Positions 1-12,661 of a stretch of 52,215 nt of DNA are shown in pieces. A program made the position numbers and the translations under genes. The stretch lies in assembly GCA_021432655.1 (NCBI GenBank), contig MU271503.1:1-52215 (forward strand), read 5' to 3'. The notes beneath the pieces were generated by a model, which was not told the origin of the DNA, ran no database searches, and was given only the letters and a program-made list of their open reading frames with translations. The stretch is from Atractiella rhizophila. Taxonomy: Eukaryota. Every line of letters begins with the position of its first letter. Position 1 is the stretch's first letter.

Positions 1-1628
1 CAGCTCACGTTACCAGTCATACTGTCAGCAGCAAGCCAAAGTACACTGGTTCGGGCGGCGCGGACGATCCCATTGACCTCGAGTCTTCCTCTGGCGGCTC
101 AGAGGATGCACATTCACAACCGGATACCGAACCGTCCAGCGCGAGTTCGACTGGAGCAGGAGCTGCTTCCTCTGTCGGCCCATCCCGTATCAGATATTCG
201 AGGACGAAGAGAGACGTCAGTCCTTACTTTCCACCCTTGCGCACCTCCCCTTCGCTCAATCGACTCGATTACTATCGAGGCGAAGAGCCAGTCTCTCCGG
301 TTCTTGAGATGAGGAAATTGAGGAGAAACACGAATGACAGGGAAAATCAGCAGAACATCGATGGTTATTGGAGCTCAAGAATGGATAGAGAGGTGGGGAT
401 CGACGACAAGTACCTCCGAACTCCACTTGCTTCCACAAAGAAAAAGAGGCTGCCTTCTCCAGAGGTATGGAAGCAAATGCGCGACGCATCTCCTGGCGTC
501 TGGGACAGAGCGTTCCCCAAAGCCCCCTGCCATGCGATGGATGCACTAGGACATGGAAAGAAGAGGGTCTTACTCAAGCGTTGGATCTTTATGATGCATG
601 AGCTTCCTATTGTTTTTTCCCTTTCGTTCGTCCTTTTCTGCTACATAAACGGACGTGTACGAGCTTATGACTGCGTGCAGGGTTGACAGAGCATCACTAT
701 ATTCTGATGTCTTCCAGATTTACGATCTCACCCTCTCCGCTTCACATTGCTCTTTGTCATGGATCCTCACTCGACGGAAGGGTATGCTTCTACCAGAGCT
801 GGAGGAGCAAACCTATGACTGGGAAATTATGTGCGTCTGCCCCACCATCTCTTGACTGGTACTGGTACTGAGCCGAATGTTGCGCAGCGTGATGAGCGAC
901 ATTCATTCGCGCGGCCAAGACGAGAGAGTTGCACCGGATGAAGTATTAGAAGACCTGGACAGCGGCTGGAGGCTAAAAGTATACGTCACCTCACCTCAAC
1001 AGAGAGCGAGACAGCGGATGCATACGAATACGGCGAATTTGGCTACGCTGGCGATGGAAGTCGATCGGTTCCAGCTGCTGTGAGCTCATTCAGTCCCTTT
1101 CTCTGGGCTTTAAGGATTGACTCCTTCACATGCACTAATAGACCTACACCAATGTTGGAAGATGGTAAAGCGCAAATGCTACGATCTCTTTCAACGAGTG
1201 ATCTTCGTGCACCTATACCTGTACCATCGCCATCCACCACTCCTCCCAAAGTCACACAGCTCTTTCCGTCTTCTCCGGCGCGCTTCACGCTCCCAACACC
1301 TCCTTCAACCTCCCCCCTCCCTAGTTTGAAAGACCAGATGGAATACGCGGCGCCGCACATCATGCACTCCGTTCTCGCTTCACGTCGCCTCTCCCGTCAC
1401 GTATCGGCGGGTCAACGGTTAGAGTTGACTGAAGAGGAAAGGGACGCCTTCGAGAAGGAACGGAAGAGTGTGAAAGAGTTTGCGCAGGAGAATCTGCTCG
1501 GATACCGAGCAAGAGCTGCAGCTGGAGGATCGGGTGAAAAGGAGAGGCTGATACTGACTAGGGAGGACAAAGGTGCGGTTTGGAACTTTGTCTATGACCA
1601 GTTTCCAGACTGGATTCGCAGGAGGTGA
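1..1628 (+). CDS. Hypothetical multi-exon protein, 5' end outside the window
   Basis: Frame 3 is open from the window start into ORF 237-686. ORF pieces 655-855, 877-1083 and 1080-1628 are separated by short intron-like segments (GTTCGT/GTGCGT/GTGAGC donors). Stop TGA ends at 1628. No family recognised. Confidence 0.6.
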
Positions 1629-1908
1629 TCGTGAGAGTGTATTCTGTCTTGTGTGGTGTCATTCATATGCATTATGAAGTGTCGATGTAGATTATGGGTA
1701 TGTTCAACTATGCAATACGTTCATGTCGTTTTCGCTACAAGCTCCTTTGTTCTGCTCATGACCTCGACGGAAAGCTAGATTAGAGCGTGGCTAAAAGTGC
1801 AGAAGAAACAATAGTACGATGATGCAATCCAGTAGAATACATATGTTTTATTGGAACGAAACGCACCTATATCTGCTACCATGCAGCACTGACAACTCCA
1901 CTGACAAC

Positions 1909-4349
1909 TCAAAGACTGACAAACGACTGAACATCCCACAGCCCAGTATCACGAGGAAGACTTGAAAGCATTCTTAACTCCATTCCTCGCATCCGCAACC
2001 AACCCTCCAATCCCCTGCAAAATCTCCGTCCCCACCTCCTGAACGACCTCAACCGGACTCGTTCTCTGCCCGCTCGTTTCCTTTCTCGGAGACGCACTCG
2101 TCGTCTGAATGACTGGTAGCTCTTCCTCTCCAGATGCCCTCGTCGTAGCAGAAGTGAGATTGAGAGCCGCAGGTCTCCGTCTCGAGGTCGGAGTCGCGAT
2201 TGGGGAGGCGGCAGAAAGGTCAGAAATGCTGCTGCTGACGCTCGCAGATCCACTCCCTCCTCCATTAAGCGGGATGTCCAAAGCGGGCAGGGAACCCATG
2301 CTCCTGCTCATTCGTAGCTGGCCAGAGCTCCCCGAACGTGGAATCTGTAGCGATCTCTCTCGCTCCCGCTGTCGCTGGCTTTCGACGCTTTGACGGAGAA
2401 GAGCTGCCTGTCTCTCTTCCTCAGTTTGCACAACGACGGCCACGCAATCCCACATCCTTCTTCTCCACCGTAACATCTCTCTCTCTTCTTCCTCGCTGAT
2501 CCGTCCGGGACTACGTCCAACCTCGAAATTCTCAAAGCGATCAAACTTCTCTCTCCAACCTGAAAGGCTTGTTAAGCAACAGATGACAATTTCGCAACAG
2601 AATAAGATACTCACCAGGTTGCAACGCGACGATTCGCACTGTTCGTGTGGGAGATGTGGAGTCATCCACTTCATCCGTCCTGGGATCTTGAGGCAGTCCA
2701 GTCCGCTGCATGTTCTCCCTCGTAGCAGATGGAGGAGGGGCAGAAATGTCGAATACGGTTCGAGAGTTCGGAGTGACAGGTTGGAGCATTGCATGCTGTG
2801 GAATTGCAGGGGGTGCGGACGGTGTCATGTACTGAGGACTGTAGTGAGGGGACTGGGGAGGTTGAGGAGATGGGGCTGAAGCCGGAGACGTGATCCCGAG
2901 GCCAAAGCTAGCAGCAGTTGGGGAGCGGAAAGGGAAGAGGGGGAGCGCTCCGAGTCCGAATGGTAAGGAAAGTGTTGCAGGAGTTGGAGGTGTTGGTTGA
3001 GGAGGCGGACGACGGGACGGCACGCTTTCGAGGATGTAGTCGACTTGTTTCCAATGTGTAGACAACGGTGCAGGTTGAGCAGAAGTCGATCCTTCTTCTT
3101 CTTCAGCATCGTCATCGAAGAGGATGTCATCCTCCGTCTGATGCGGGTCGAATTCAAAGATGACATGTACAGTCTTCGTTTTATTATCGTATCTGAGTCG
3201 TGCTGGAGGATGGGGAGTGGTCAGACAGGTGTACTTATCGATAGGCCCGATGGGAGACGGATGTCGTATAGATAAACCGAAGTCTGGAAGTCATGTGAGA
3301 GCCGTATCCAAGCAGGGAAGTGACGAACCCGGTGTAGCATCCACAGGTCTGCCAGCAGACGCAGAAGTCAAGTATCCAGACCAGTCGAGGAAAAAGATTT
3401 GATTATTTTTTGGATGGAGCAGCGAGAGTTGTGGAGTGAGCTGGGGGCTGTTATTTTCTTTCAGAAAAAGCAAATAGTTTACTTGCTCGAGACCAACCGC
3501 TTTGAGGCGTTGAGAATCAACTGACATCTCCATCAGTACTTTATCACGAAACAAACTCGTCCAAAGCTCACCGGTGTTCCATCGTCAGTCTTGCACTCTT
3601 GAACTTCGAGTACGCGATCCGCAACCCGGTTTCTGTGAGAAACATACAATAAGTTAGGGAGACGATTAAGGTAACTACTAATAGGCGAACGAACTGCCAG
3701 AGCAGCCAATTTCATTGCCGAAAGGCTGGAAAATTGATGACATCTTGGTTGGTTGAGATGGAAGCAAGATTGCATTACCTGGTTCAGAACCTCGCTGTCT
3801 GAACATGTATGCTTTGACGTATTTTTGCATCAGACCAACGACAAACAGCAAGTCCTTTGTTCAGGAGCTGTTGTAAGGAATCCGACCAATCATGTTTCTT
3901 GTATTGCTTGACGGTCTGCTCTATCACTACTGCAGATGTCCGTTACAATGGTCATGTTGTGGGTGACGGAAGTTGCTAGTTGCAACAGAAACAATCTCTC
4001 AAAGCAAACCAAGCACATCCACACTCCACCTCCTCTTCACTCCACGGAAAATGACGTACCTAAGCACGAAACAGCCTTCAGGCCATCCCAGATGAGCATA
4101 CACACTCCTCGTTGCTCCACCCAGCCCACCCAAACCTGCATTCCTCAACGTTCCCCTCCTCCTAGGTCCCAGAGTCCCTCTTCTCCTCACCTCCACTCCT
4201 CCTTGATTTCCAATGCCATTCGCAGTTCCAGCTGCAACGGCATGCAGTCCCAGAAGCGGCGGATGAATGGGAGAAGTCAGCGTCTCATGGTACGTTGGCA
4301 AGTCGCTATCGACCCGATCGAGGGGTGGATGCCTGCTCGGCGTTGTCAT
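1909..4349 (-). CDS. Hypothetical multi-exon protein with Pro/Ser-rich C-terminal half; 5' exon structure uncertain
   Basis: Exons can be chained through short introns (NRVADRVLEVQ.. / VDSQRLKAV.. / DFGLSIRHPSP..STHWKQVDYILES.. / LEREVDRFENFEV..WDVQSFVSL*). Linkage to the ATG at 4349 is not fully resolved. Confidence 0.5.
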
Positions 4350-4845
4350 CGTAGTTCTGGTAGAGGAGTAGAAATGTTGGGTTGGAGATGGACGAGAAGC
4401 TGCAGGAAGGAGAAGGGATTGTAGCGCGCAGCAACAGTTCCTGCTGTCATATCGATGCACAGGCGTCCCGACCGGAAGTAGAAACAATGGTGAGCAACCA
4501 GGCCGGAAGAGTGCTGTTGGTACAGCAAGAATGCATCAGATATGCATATCAGGAGGGACAATAAAGTCAAAGGACGAGAAATGGCATAGAGATTCTACAA
4601 AATCATTTGCATAATACGAAAATCTTTCAGTGATTGTTGACAGGTTCAACTTTACGTAATGACCTTGCCAAGTTTCTGTGCTTCACCCAGGCTTCATCAA
4701 TGCCTCTGCTCTGCTAGACTAGCCTGACCTTGGTTATCGAAGCGTGCGTTACAGGCTTGAATTTCTTTTCTACCGACAGAAGCGACAGTTTGTGCAGGAC
4801 AACGTCCAGTGCTTGGCTTTTGATATTTGGAAACACAGTACTGAG

Positions 4846-5125
4846 CAAAAGAAGACCCACCAAAAAATGAAAAAAACAAGGAAAAAAGAGAAAACAATGT
4901 CAAAAAAGAAACAAAAACAGAAATCAAGAAGACGAAAAAGCAAAAACAACCACAAACAGAAACCGAAACCGCAAGCTCACGATCAATAATAAGAGACGAA
5001 CACGACAACCAAACCACTACGCGAGCGACGCAACGAAGAAAAAAAAAAGCTAAACTTAATTCCAAACCAAACCTACACTACAGGAGAAAGAACAAACAAT
5101 GAATAAGACAGAACAAGAAAAAAGA
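4846..5125. repeat. A-rich low-complexity tract
   Basis: Strong A/C/G bias with very few T on the + strand and several runs of 5-10 A. Confidence 0.7.
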
Positions 5126-5604
5126 GCACGCGTCCCTCTTCCCATGACAGCGTATCATGGAATACTAGGGAAGCGAACTTGAATAAGAGAAGGGGGATGA
5201 GGGTAATTCACAGTTCATGAATATCAGTTCATCCTCTTTTCGACCAGAGCAAAATATCGCCCTTCGCTCTTCGAGCGACAAGCCAACCAGACAAGGGTAA
5301 AATGATAGTTCAATCACAACAAATCCCACCCTGCAAATTACACTCACATCAAGTTTCCTCCTCCACTTCCCGAGGAATCGACGTCAATAAAAACTGGTAT
5401 CTCAATAAGACAACTTTTGAGGGCTCATGGATCGCCAGTGGAAGGGACGTAAGGACAAGGACACAGTCAGCGGCTCTGTTCTTCACTTTCAATAAAATGG
5501 ATTCAAGAAGCTGAAACTGTTCTTTCGCACTCCTCAAAGTAAAAAAGAAACAAGCAAAGAAAGAAGATGGACTCGAACGAAAAAAGATCGGACACAATGA
5601 GGAT

Positions 5605-6921
5605 CTACACCAAGAAACCTGACGAATTAATCGTGTAATCATCCTGGCATCCAAATCTCATCAATATCCATCAATATCTCCTAAAGGAAGTATAGACGTA
5701 CCCAAGCTTCCTCAGTGATTGACTTCCATCCCGCAAAGAGGGCAACCACAGCCGTTGTCTCCAATAAAGTCGCAAGGAAGCTCCCATCCACCTTCGCGCT
5801 TGTTCCCGTACAGATCGTATGCGACAGGGCCCAATAGGCACCCTGTGACAGTGCAAAGAGGGCGAGGGTGATGATGAGGATGACTGTTCACAAACATGCC
5901 ATCGCGCATTTAGCTCTCCAACTCAACTCAAAGAACAACAGAAATGGCGCACTGAGAGGTTTCTTCTCTCTTAGAACTTTGACCACTACTCCGGCGGTGA
6001 CGATGAAGTAGAAAGCCACGCAGACAAGGGGAAAGACTATGAGCAGGGTGAATAACCATGCGGAGGTCAAATCTTCCGCTGGCTTCGATTGGAAGAAGTT
6101 TGTGACAGTGAATCCGACATCGAGGGCAATATATGACGTGCCGACGGTGAGAACGACGAGACCTAGGGTGTAAGGGACGATAGAAGAAAGCGTGCCGTCC
6201 TCTACGACTTGGAATTGGAGGAAAGCAATCTGCCGCGCGTCCATGCGCTATTAATTCCACGGTAGAAAGGGGTGGGTGAGAGGACCGACCCAAGCTAAAC
6301 TCCAAAAGAAGCCGACGACGAGTCCTTGATGGATTCCTGACACCCAAACTAACGCCGTAGAGCCTTGTCGTAAGAAGGCGCCGGTGTCCACGAGCTGGAA
6401 GATGCAAGTAAGGGCGTAGATGACGAAGAGGAGGAGGATCTCGAGTCGTGCTAATCAATGCATTTCACACCATCAGATAAGGAGGAAACAAGATGAGGAT
6501 GGGCTACGGACCTACGGCTGCCATTCGACGTCCTGCTAGAACAGCGAGTCCCAAAGCTACGATTGTCGAGACGGCACAAAGGACGATATTCGCTTTGTCA
6601 CACCGTCATGTCATTAACCACATCCCGTGGTAAGGACGGAAGCAAATGCTCACCAACATTCCCATTGCTATTCGGATCACCTCCTGCACTCCCCATTCTT
6701 GGGATCGCACATTCTGGCCTAATTCCTACCCCAGCGTCACCCACAGCTCTGTCAAAACCAGTTCTGTTCACGGCGGGGTCCGGAAGTGCTAGAATTTGGA
6801 AGGCAGGAGCGGCGATGTTATGAGGATGGTTAAGGAGTTGGCGGTAGAAGAGGTTGCAGATCGGATAAGAAGGAATTTTTCGACAGATGTAGTCGAAGTC
6901 TCCATAATCGAACGCTGGCAT
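5605..6921 (-). CDS. CHS7: Chs7-family chitin synthase export chaperone (multi-pass ER membrane protein)
   Basis: N-terminus YGDFDYICRKIPSYPICNLF; internal 'IAFLQFQVVEDGTLSSI' and 'VKVLREKKPL'; C-terminal 'IDGSFLATLLET..WKSITEEAW|DDY'. Several short introns. Confidence 0.85.
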
Positions 6922-8325
6922 GTTGTCTTCCCAAGAATTGGTCGTTACTGCCGCCGTTCGAGGGGAGAGGGAGGGAAGAGTCAGTCAGTGTTTGCTTCGA
7001 GGGGGTTGTTTGGCTGCACGATGGCGCCAAGTCAATTGAGATAGAAAGGCGCTAAAAAATCGAAGAATGGCCCGCCAGCTGAACCGGACTCTTTGTAAAA
7101 GAGCGTGAATAAAGGAATGTTGGGATTCTACAACTCAAAGTTGACAAGCGAAAAAGGGGATGGCTGTTTTGGTCTGAAACGCGCATTCACACAATCCCGT
7201 TTCCAATATTACAAGGACCAAGGCAACGTGAATTAAGAGACACTCACCTCTTCGTCCCAAGTCGTTACTCTCAGTTACTTCCTTACTGATAACCTCGCAC
7301 CAGGTAGTCCCTCAGGGAAAGGTGAAGTGGAGAAGTTCGAAGGTACAGGTAGATGATGCGCAAATACGCTTTCCGCATTGCATCCGTAGGTGACTCATAC
7401 TAGACTTCCTCCAAACAAGGGCAGACAAGATAAGGTGCTGACGTATTTTTATTACCACGGCAACAGCAACAACTATTTGTTGAGATTTCTGTTTTGTTGC
7501 TCATCATAATACCAATCCTCCTTCGCTCATGCGATTTCTTCCTCTTCGTTAGAATCAATTTCACTCCTAAAGGCATTCAGGGAACGGGTCAAATTCGGGG
7601 GTCCCGGCGGTCCAACGATTTCAAGTTGCTGTATTCGTTCGTAACGCCCGCTGCGAAGAGCTACGAAAGATAGCTTAACGCCTTGAAAGATACCGCTCTT
7701 TGTCGCCGAGCAGTTCCTTGTTCTCTGGCGAAAAGTCGCAAGGTTGCCAGGAACGAGTTCTCCACTCGTTCGTTTGGGCGGTTGGAAGCTTGATTGTCAG
7801 TTGGAGCCTAGCATTTTTGTCAGGCTTCTGGGGGTTGACAAGATCGAAGAGTTGCTTCAAACTCATTGCTCGTATTGCCAGTTCATGAGTCTCACTAGTA
7901 GGACGATGACTCCGAAGAACAAGAAGTTGGTGGGACGCAATTCAACTCCAAGTTCCACCTTGAATGCATTGACAAAGTGCTAGAGCACTGTCTTCGGTGC
8001 TAGAATTTTCTCCTACCACTGATTGGATCTCGGCAAGGAAGTAACTTGATTTGATCAAGGAAGTTAGAGACCGTTAGGCGACGTTAAAGACGCTGGATCT
8101 ATTCCTTCAAGCCAGAAAAATCATGAAGGTACCAACGAGCACAATCGATCGATCTGTGCAATTTTTGATCTCAGAATCGTTGAGTCGTTCCTGTCGAGAA
8201 GGCATCAGTTGCTCAGCACTTCTAGTCATCGAAAGTAGGCAGTAGCCTGAAATTGTACGAAAGTTTGAGTCTGCTAACCCAGTTCGCTCCCAACGAAATC
8301 CAAAACTTAGTCTGTCAGCTAAGTC

Positions 8326-8333
8326 TATAAAAG
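8326..8333 (+). promoter_or_regulatory. TATA box upstream of the secreted-protein gene
   Basis: TATAAAAG about 125 nt upstream of ATG 8452, followed by a CT-rich 5' leader. Confidence 0.55.
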
Positions 8334-8451
8334 GGTATCTGGGAGGAGGGAGAGAGCAAGAGTCCACTTCCTCTGTTCTCTATTCCAAAAGATCTCTCAC
8401 TCCTTTGAGACTTCACTCATTTTTCACACTCACATTCTCTTATTTGACAAA

Positions 8452-9465
8452 ATGGTCGCTCTCCGTTTCCTCTCGCTCGCTTTCGTCGGCATCGCTTCTG
8501 GTTCGTCCATTTCTCCCCTCCACTTTGATGGACATATTATTAACATGTCGGTTTCTTCAGTGAGCGCCATCTTCGAGCCTCTCGCACCAGTGGATCCCCA
8601 GGTTCCCTCCGTCTCCGTCAACACGCCTTCAATCCACCGCTCCTTCGATGCTGGTGTGCTCGCTCGTCGTGCTGCCCGCATGGGGCCGAATGCATTCTAC
8701 ACGAGCTCATACAACAAGGAGCTCTCCTCCTACGCTAATGGATTGAGAGACATCCAAACTCGGGCTGACGCCATTTACAACTCTGTCAAGTCCCACGCGG
8801 CGAAGCATGGGAGGCAGGTGCCCGTCCATGCTGATGTTAATGCTAAAGTCGTTGTGCACGTCAACGAGCTCCTGAAGCAGCTTGAGCTTTTGTTGAAGAA
8901 AGCCTTGAAGGAGGTCAAGCAGTGAGTTTTTCGTCTTTCATCTCCCACGCAACTATTCATGATGAGACGGAATAGCATCCCTAACTGCCCTCATCCCTCT
9001 AACCAGCCTGGTAACCCACCTAGCGTCCCTGGATGCGGAGGTGCGTTCTGGCCTTTCTGTCCTCTCCGTTTGGAAGGGCTGACAACTGAACCTTTGCAGG
9101 CCAACTCTCAGATATCATTTATATCCACATTGGCATCATCGTCGAGATCGAGAAACTCGCTAAAAGTTCGTTATCCTACCTGACCTCCACGTTCGCCAGC
9201 AATTGACACTATTATCTCACAGTTTCCGCCGACATTGAAGTCCTCCTGAAATCCTGCTTGGAGGATCTCGATATTTCGATCGTAGCCTTGATCAACGCTT
9301 CCGTTGATCTCCTCCCTGGCCTTGACGGATACACTGAGCGATAGTTCGTCCTTGTTTCATATTGGTCGTGCTTGTACTGATGGCATTGTTTCTAGCACTG
9401 ATGGTTTCAGCCAAAAGCTGAAAAACATCGGTCTGATTGAGACTGTCAAGCGTCTTGGCCACTAA
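8452..9465 (+). CDS. Secreted, probably helical protein (multi-exon)
   Basis: Signal-peptide-like MVALRFLSLAFVGIAS|VSA. Exons are joined via short GT-AG introns through to 'QKLKNIGLIETVKRLGH*' (stop ends 9465). Amphipathic Leu/Ile/Val pattern. Confidence 0.7.
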
Positions 9466-9921
9466 ATGCTTTCCTTATATACTCTGAATTTCGGGCTTCT
9501 TGCTGTTTTCTTTCCACGTATCGTCGTTGAGGATTTTACCATTTCTAATTCTACTTGCGTATGCTTGTTACGCGATTGATATCAGTGTTTTCGGAATCGT
9601 TACCTTTCTCTCGCATTCCATCCTTCCTGCCGTTTAATCCCGCCGTCGCAGACAAAAAAACTCGTTGGATTTGATTTGTCGTCACCTACTTACCTCGTCC
9701 TTGTCTTGGTTAGACACATCGTTGCATCATTAAAATCGAAATCTACTTCCACCCTTAGATCTTGTGTTGTGTTTTGTGCGCAGACCTAAGTCAAGCACGT
9801 GAATCATTTTGTGGTAACAAAGGACGCGTCGCGACGCAAGAGACAAAACACAAAGGACAAGGGGCATATAAGCAGTCACAGTCACCAACTAGACAATCTT
9901 CCCCTTTGAATTACAACCAGA

Positions 9922-11717
9922 ATGTCGACACTTTTCACACTAGCTCCCTTACCATCCGATGCAGCAGACGACCCACCTTACGGACTACAATCAGCGTCTG
10001 CCACATCCTTTTATTCCGCACATTCCAGGGTCTTTGAACCTTCCGAGTCTGCAGGAACAAGGGTGACAGTAAAGGAGGAAGAGGAGGATGTGGACTTTGG
10101 TACGTAGTCTTTCTCATTCCTAAAATTGATATGACGTTCCTGGTGAAGGGAGGACTACGAGGACACCGTCTCCTGCAGATTCCGTCGATTCAGCTCTAAC
10201 GGCTGTCGATGGATATGGTGAACCCCCTTCCATCTTCCTCGGCCTAAACTCACTTTGTGCAATCGCATGCGGCTCCAGGCGGACAAGTGTATCGACCGCG
10301 TTCGACACTGGCATCTTCCCAAACGAGCACCAGCAGAGAGAGCGAGAGAGAGTCGTATGACCGTGCCTTCTCCAAACTTATGCAGCGCATCGACATGTAC
10401 ATCATGAGTGCGTTCTTCTTTCCAACGTCAGAGGCGCTAGATCACAGAGAGATCTTAGATCTGCGAGACAGGCCTGATTCATATGTCTTTCAAAAGGATA
10501 TGGAGCGTCTTGTGGAGCAGGCGAAGAAGTGTTCTTTCACATTCGAAACGATGGCGGTGAACATTAACTACCTCGTATCTCGTGCGATTTTCCCTTTCCC
10601 ATCCTGTTTGAGAGCAGTTCTGATTAAGAACCACTGAGGCAGAGGGAAAGTACGATATCGCGAATCGTCATCTGCTGACGTTGAAGGCTCAAGTCTCGAA
10701 AGGCAAGGAAGGGAAGGCATGGACAAACCTTCGTCGACACGGAGAGGGAGGTTCAGTTGTAAAGTCGGGAAAGCAGAAGGCAATAGAACCTGATGCCTTC
10801 ATTTACAAATATCAGCTGCCGCTTATTCTGAAGGAGAGGAAGGAACAAGGGAACCTCTGGTTCTATGTCCAGTCCGTCATCCCCATTCCTTGCATCCTCC
10901 ACGGCGCTGTTGACCGCAGTCAAGGGGAAAGGAGCTTGTGGCCGGCACAAGACAGTATGAACTCTTGCTCTGGTACACCTTGGAAGAAGATGGTCTGGGA
11001 GGTCTATTGGGGGAACCTCAACAAGTTCAACTTCCAGAGGAGGGTATGTTCGACTTCAAGTTCATGTGAGTCAAACAATTCGACTTTTCTCCTACCATCA
11101 GATCTGACTTTGCAGATAAGAACTGGACGCATGTACCTTGACGCGGAGGAATCATCACCACCACAATGGAGGCATAATCCTGACCAGAACTTCTCCAATT
11201 TTGGACTTCAAGACAGAATCAGGATACGAGTCTACCTCTCTCACCTTCGTCAACTACATCCTGACCTCCCCGCTGACCGTGTGAGTTGGGGAAGCTCTAT
11301 CCCTCTATGGGACATTCAAAACTTTCAAGTCTTGTCTGTCTTCCCAATCCATCACTTGTACTCCTCACTGACAAATCGTTCAGACCCGCACATTCTCTTC
11401 GTGAAAGCACAGCAGTCCGTTTACACGAATACTCCCCTTCCACCGAGGTCAGCATCCAAGCCTATCCGAACACTATCGATAAGAAGTTCCCGAGGGAGTG
11501 CAGCACAGTGGATCCAGGCATCGATTTTGGATGGAACGACTTGCCGGAGGAGTACGATGTAAACGAAGACGCGTTGCAGTTCACAGCTCGAGGGCAGATA
11601 GCGTTTCAAGAGCGGCAGGCGAGGCTGAAGAAAGCTTCTCAGGCTGCAAATTCGAGGAGGATGGAGGAGAGTTCGTGGCGGGAACTGGGACCCGGAGGTA
11701 GCATGGAACTTCGGTAG
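9922..11717 (+). CDS. Hypothetical multi-exon protein
   Basis: ATG 9922 lies after a TATA-like CATATAAG (~9865). ORF blocks 9922-10107, 10257-10637, 10681-11562 and 11286-11717 are separated by intron-like gaps. No family recognised. Confidence 0.55.
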
Positions 11718-11922
11718 CATTAGTTCTTGTTCGTTCGCTTTCAATTTGTGCATATGTACAGTACGACAGGATCTGATGACAGCTGTTTGATACCCTGTGA
11801 TACCTCTTCATGAACTTTTTCAGTCCTCCCGCACTTCCTATCATTCATCAATTGACATCAACTGGTTCATTGCGTTGAGAGTGTTGTAGCATCTGTATCT
11901 TGAGTGAAGAGGAAAATCGGAA

Positions 11923-12567
11923 ATGTCCACAGAAAAGAAGAAAGACGAGCTAATACCCACCAAGCTCGACTCACCATTCATCACCTCCTTCTACACCGAA
12001 AAGCAGCTATCCGAAAAGGTCAAGTCGCGGGCACGCACTCTCTGCGCAGAACAGATGCAACGTCTGTCCCTCTGTCCCTCCTCCTTCCTCAATTCTCGCT
12101 CTCACAACGTCCTGATTCAATATTAACCGCCATTCTGACGTTTGTTTTGCGGTGTGGGACAGGTTTTGTGGAATGCACGAAGGAGAACAACTTCACGGCT
12201 CCCTTCCGCCCCAGCTGCAGGGCAGCCCTAAAAGAGGCGAACGAATGTCTTAGGCGGTAGTGCGTCCCCCTAATCCATCCGAGCCTCAAGCTCACAATGC
12301 AACGCTTGATCTCTCCAACTCAACATGTGGTGGAGGAGCGCTCGAGCTCTACCTCTGACTCCCGTGCGGACAGGCGACTGATGAGTTGTTGGGGACAGTA
12401 ATACGCCAGAGGAGGTGGACAAGCTCCGTCTTGAGTTTTCACACTCTCTCTCCCGAAAGGGGAGCGATGTATCGGAAAGTTCAAGTTCAGCTGTTCCTGG
12501 TTCATCGACATCGACATCGACATCGACGACAACGCCCATGGGGAGTGGGAATGAACGAATAGTGTAA
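11923..12567 (+). CDS. CMC1: Cmc1-like twin CX9C mitochondrial cytochrome c oxidase assembly protein
   Basis: Spliced product ..EKQLSEKVKSRARTLCAEQMQ|RFVECTKENNFTAPFRPSCRAALKEANECLRR|YNTPEEVDKLRLEF.. contains two CX9C motifs. Introns at ~12062-12162 and 12260-12398. Confidence 0.75.
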
Positions 12568-12661
12568 TGCAATCTAACTCATCCTAGTACAGTATCCCAA
12601 TAATAAAAATACACCATCTCCCATCCTCATCTATCCATGAATTATTCCACTGTAGGCATTA

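Noticed and set aside
4697..5065. Lys-rich (+) and Phe-rich (-) ORFs
   Set aside because: By-products of the A-rich low-complexity tract.
6472..6480. Second ATCAGATAA motif
   Set aside because: It lies inside a CHS7 intron and overlaps its branch-site sequence, so it is not in a promoter.
12378..12460. CTGATGAG..GAAA hammerhead ribozyme core
   Set aside because: The required stems are missing, and CTGAT is explained as the intron branch site.
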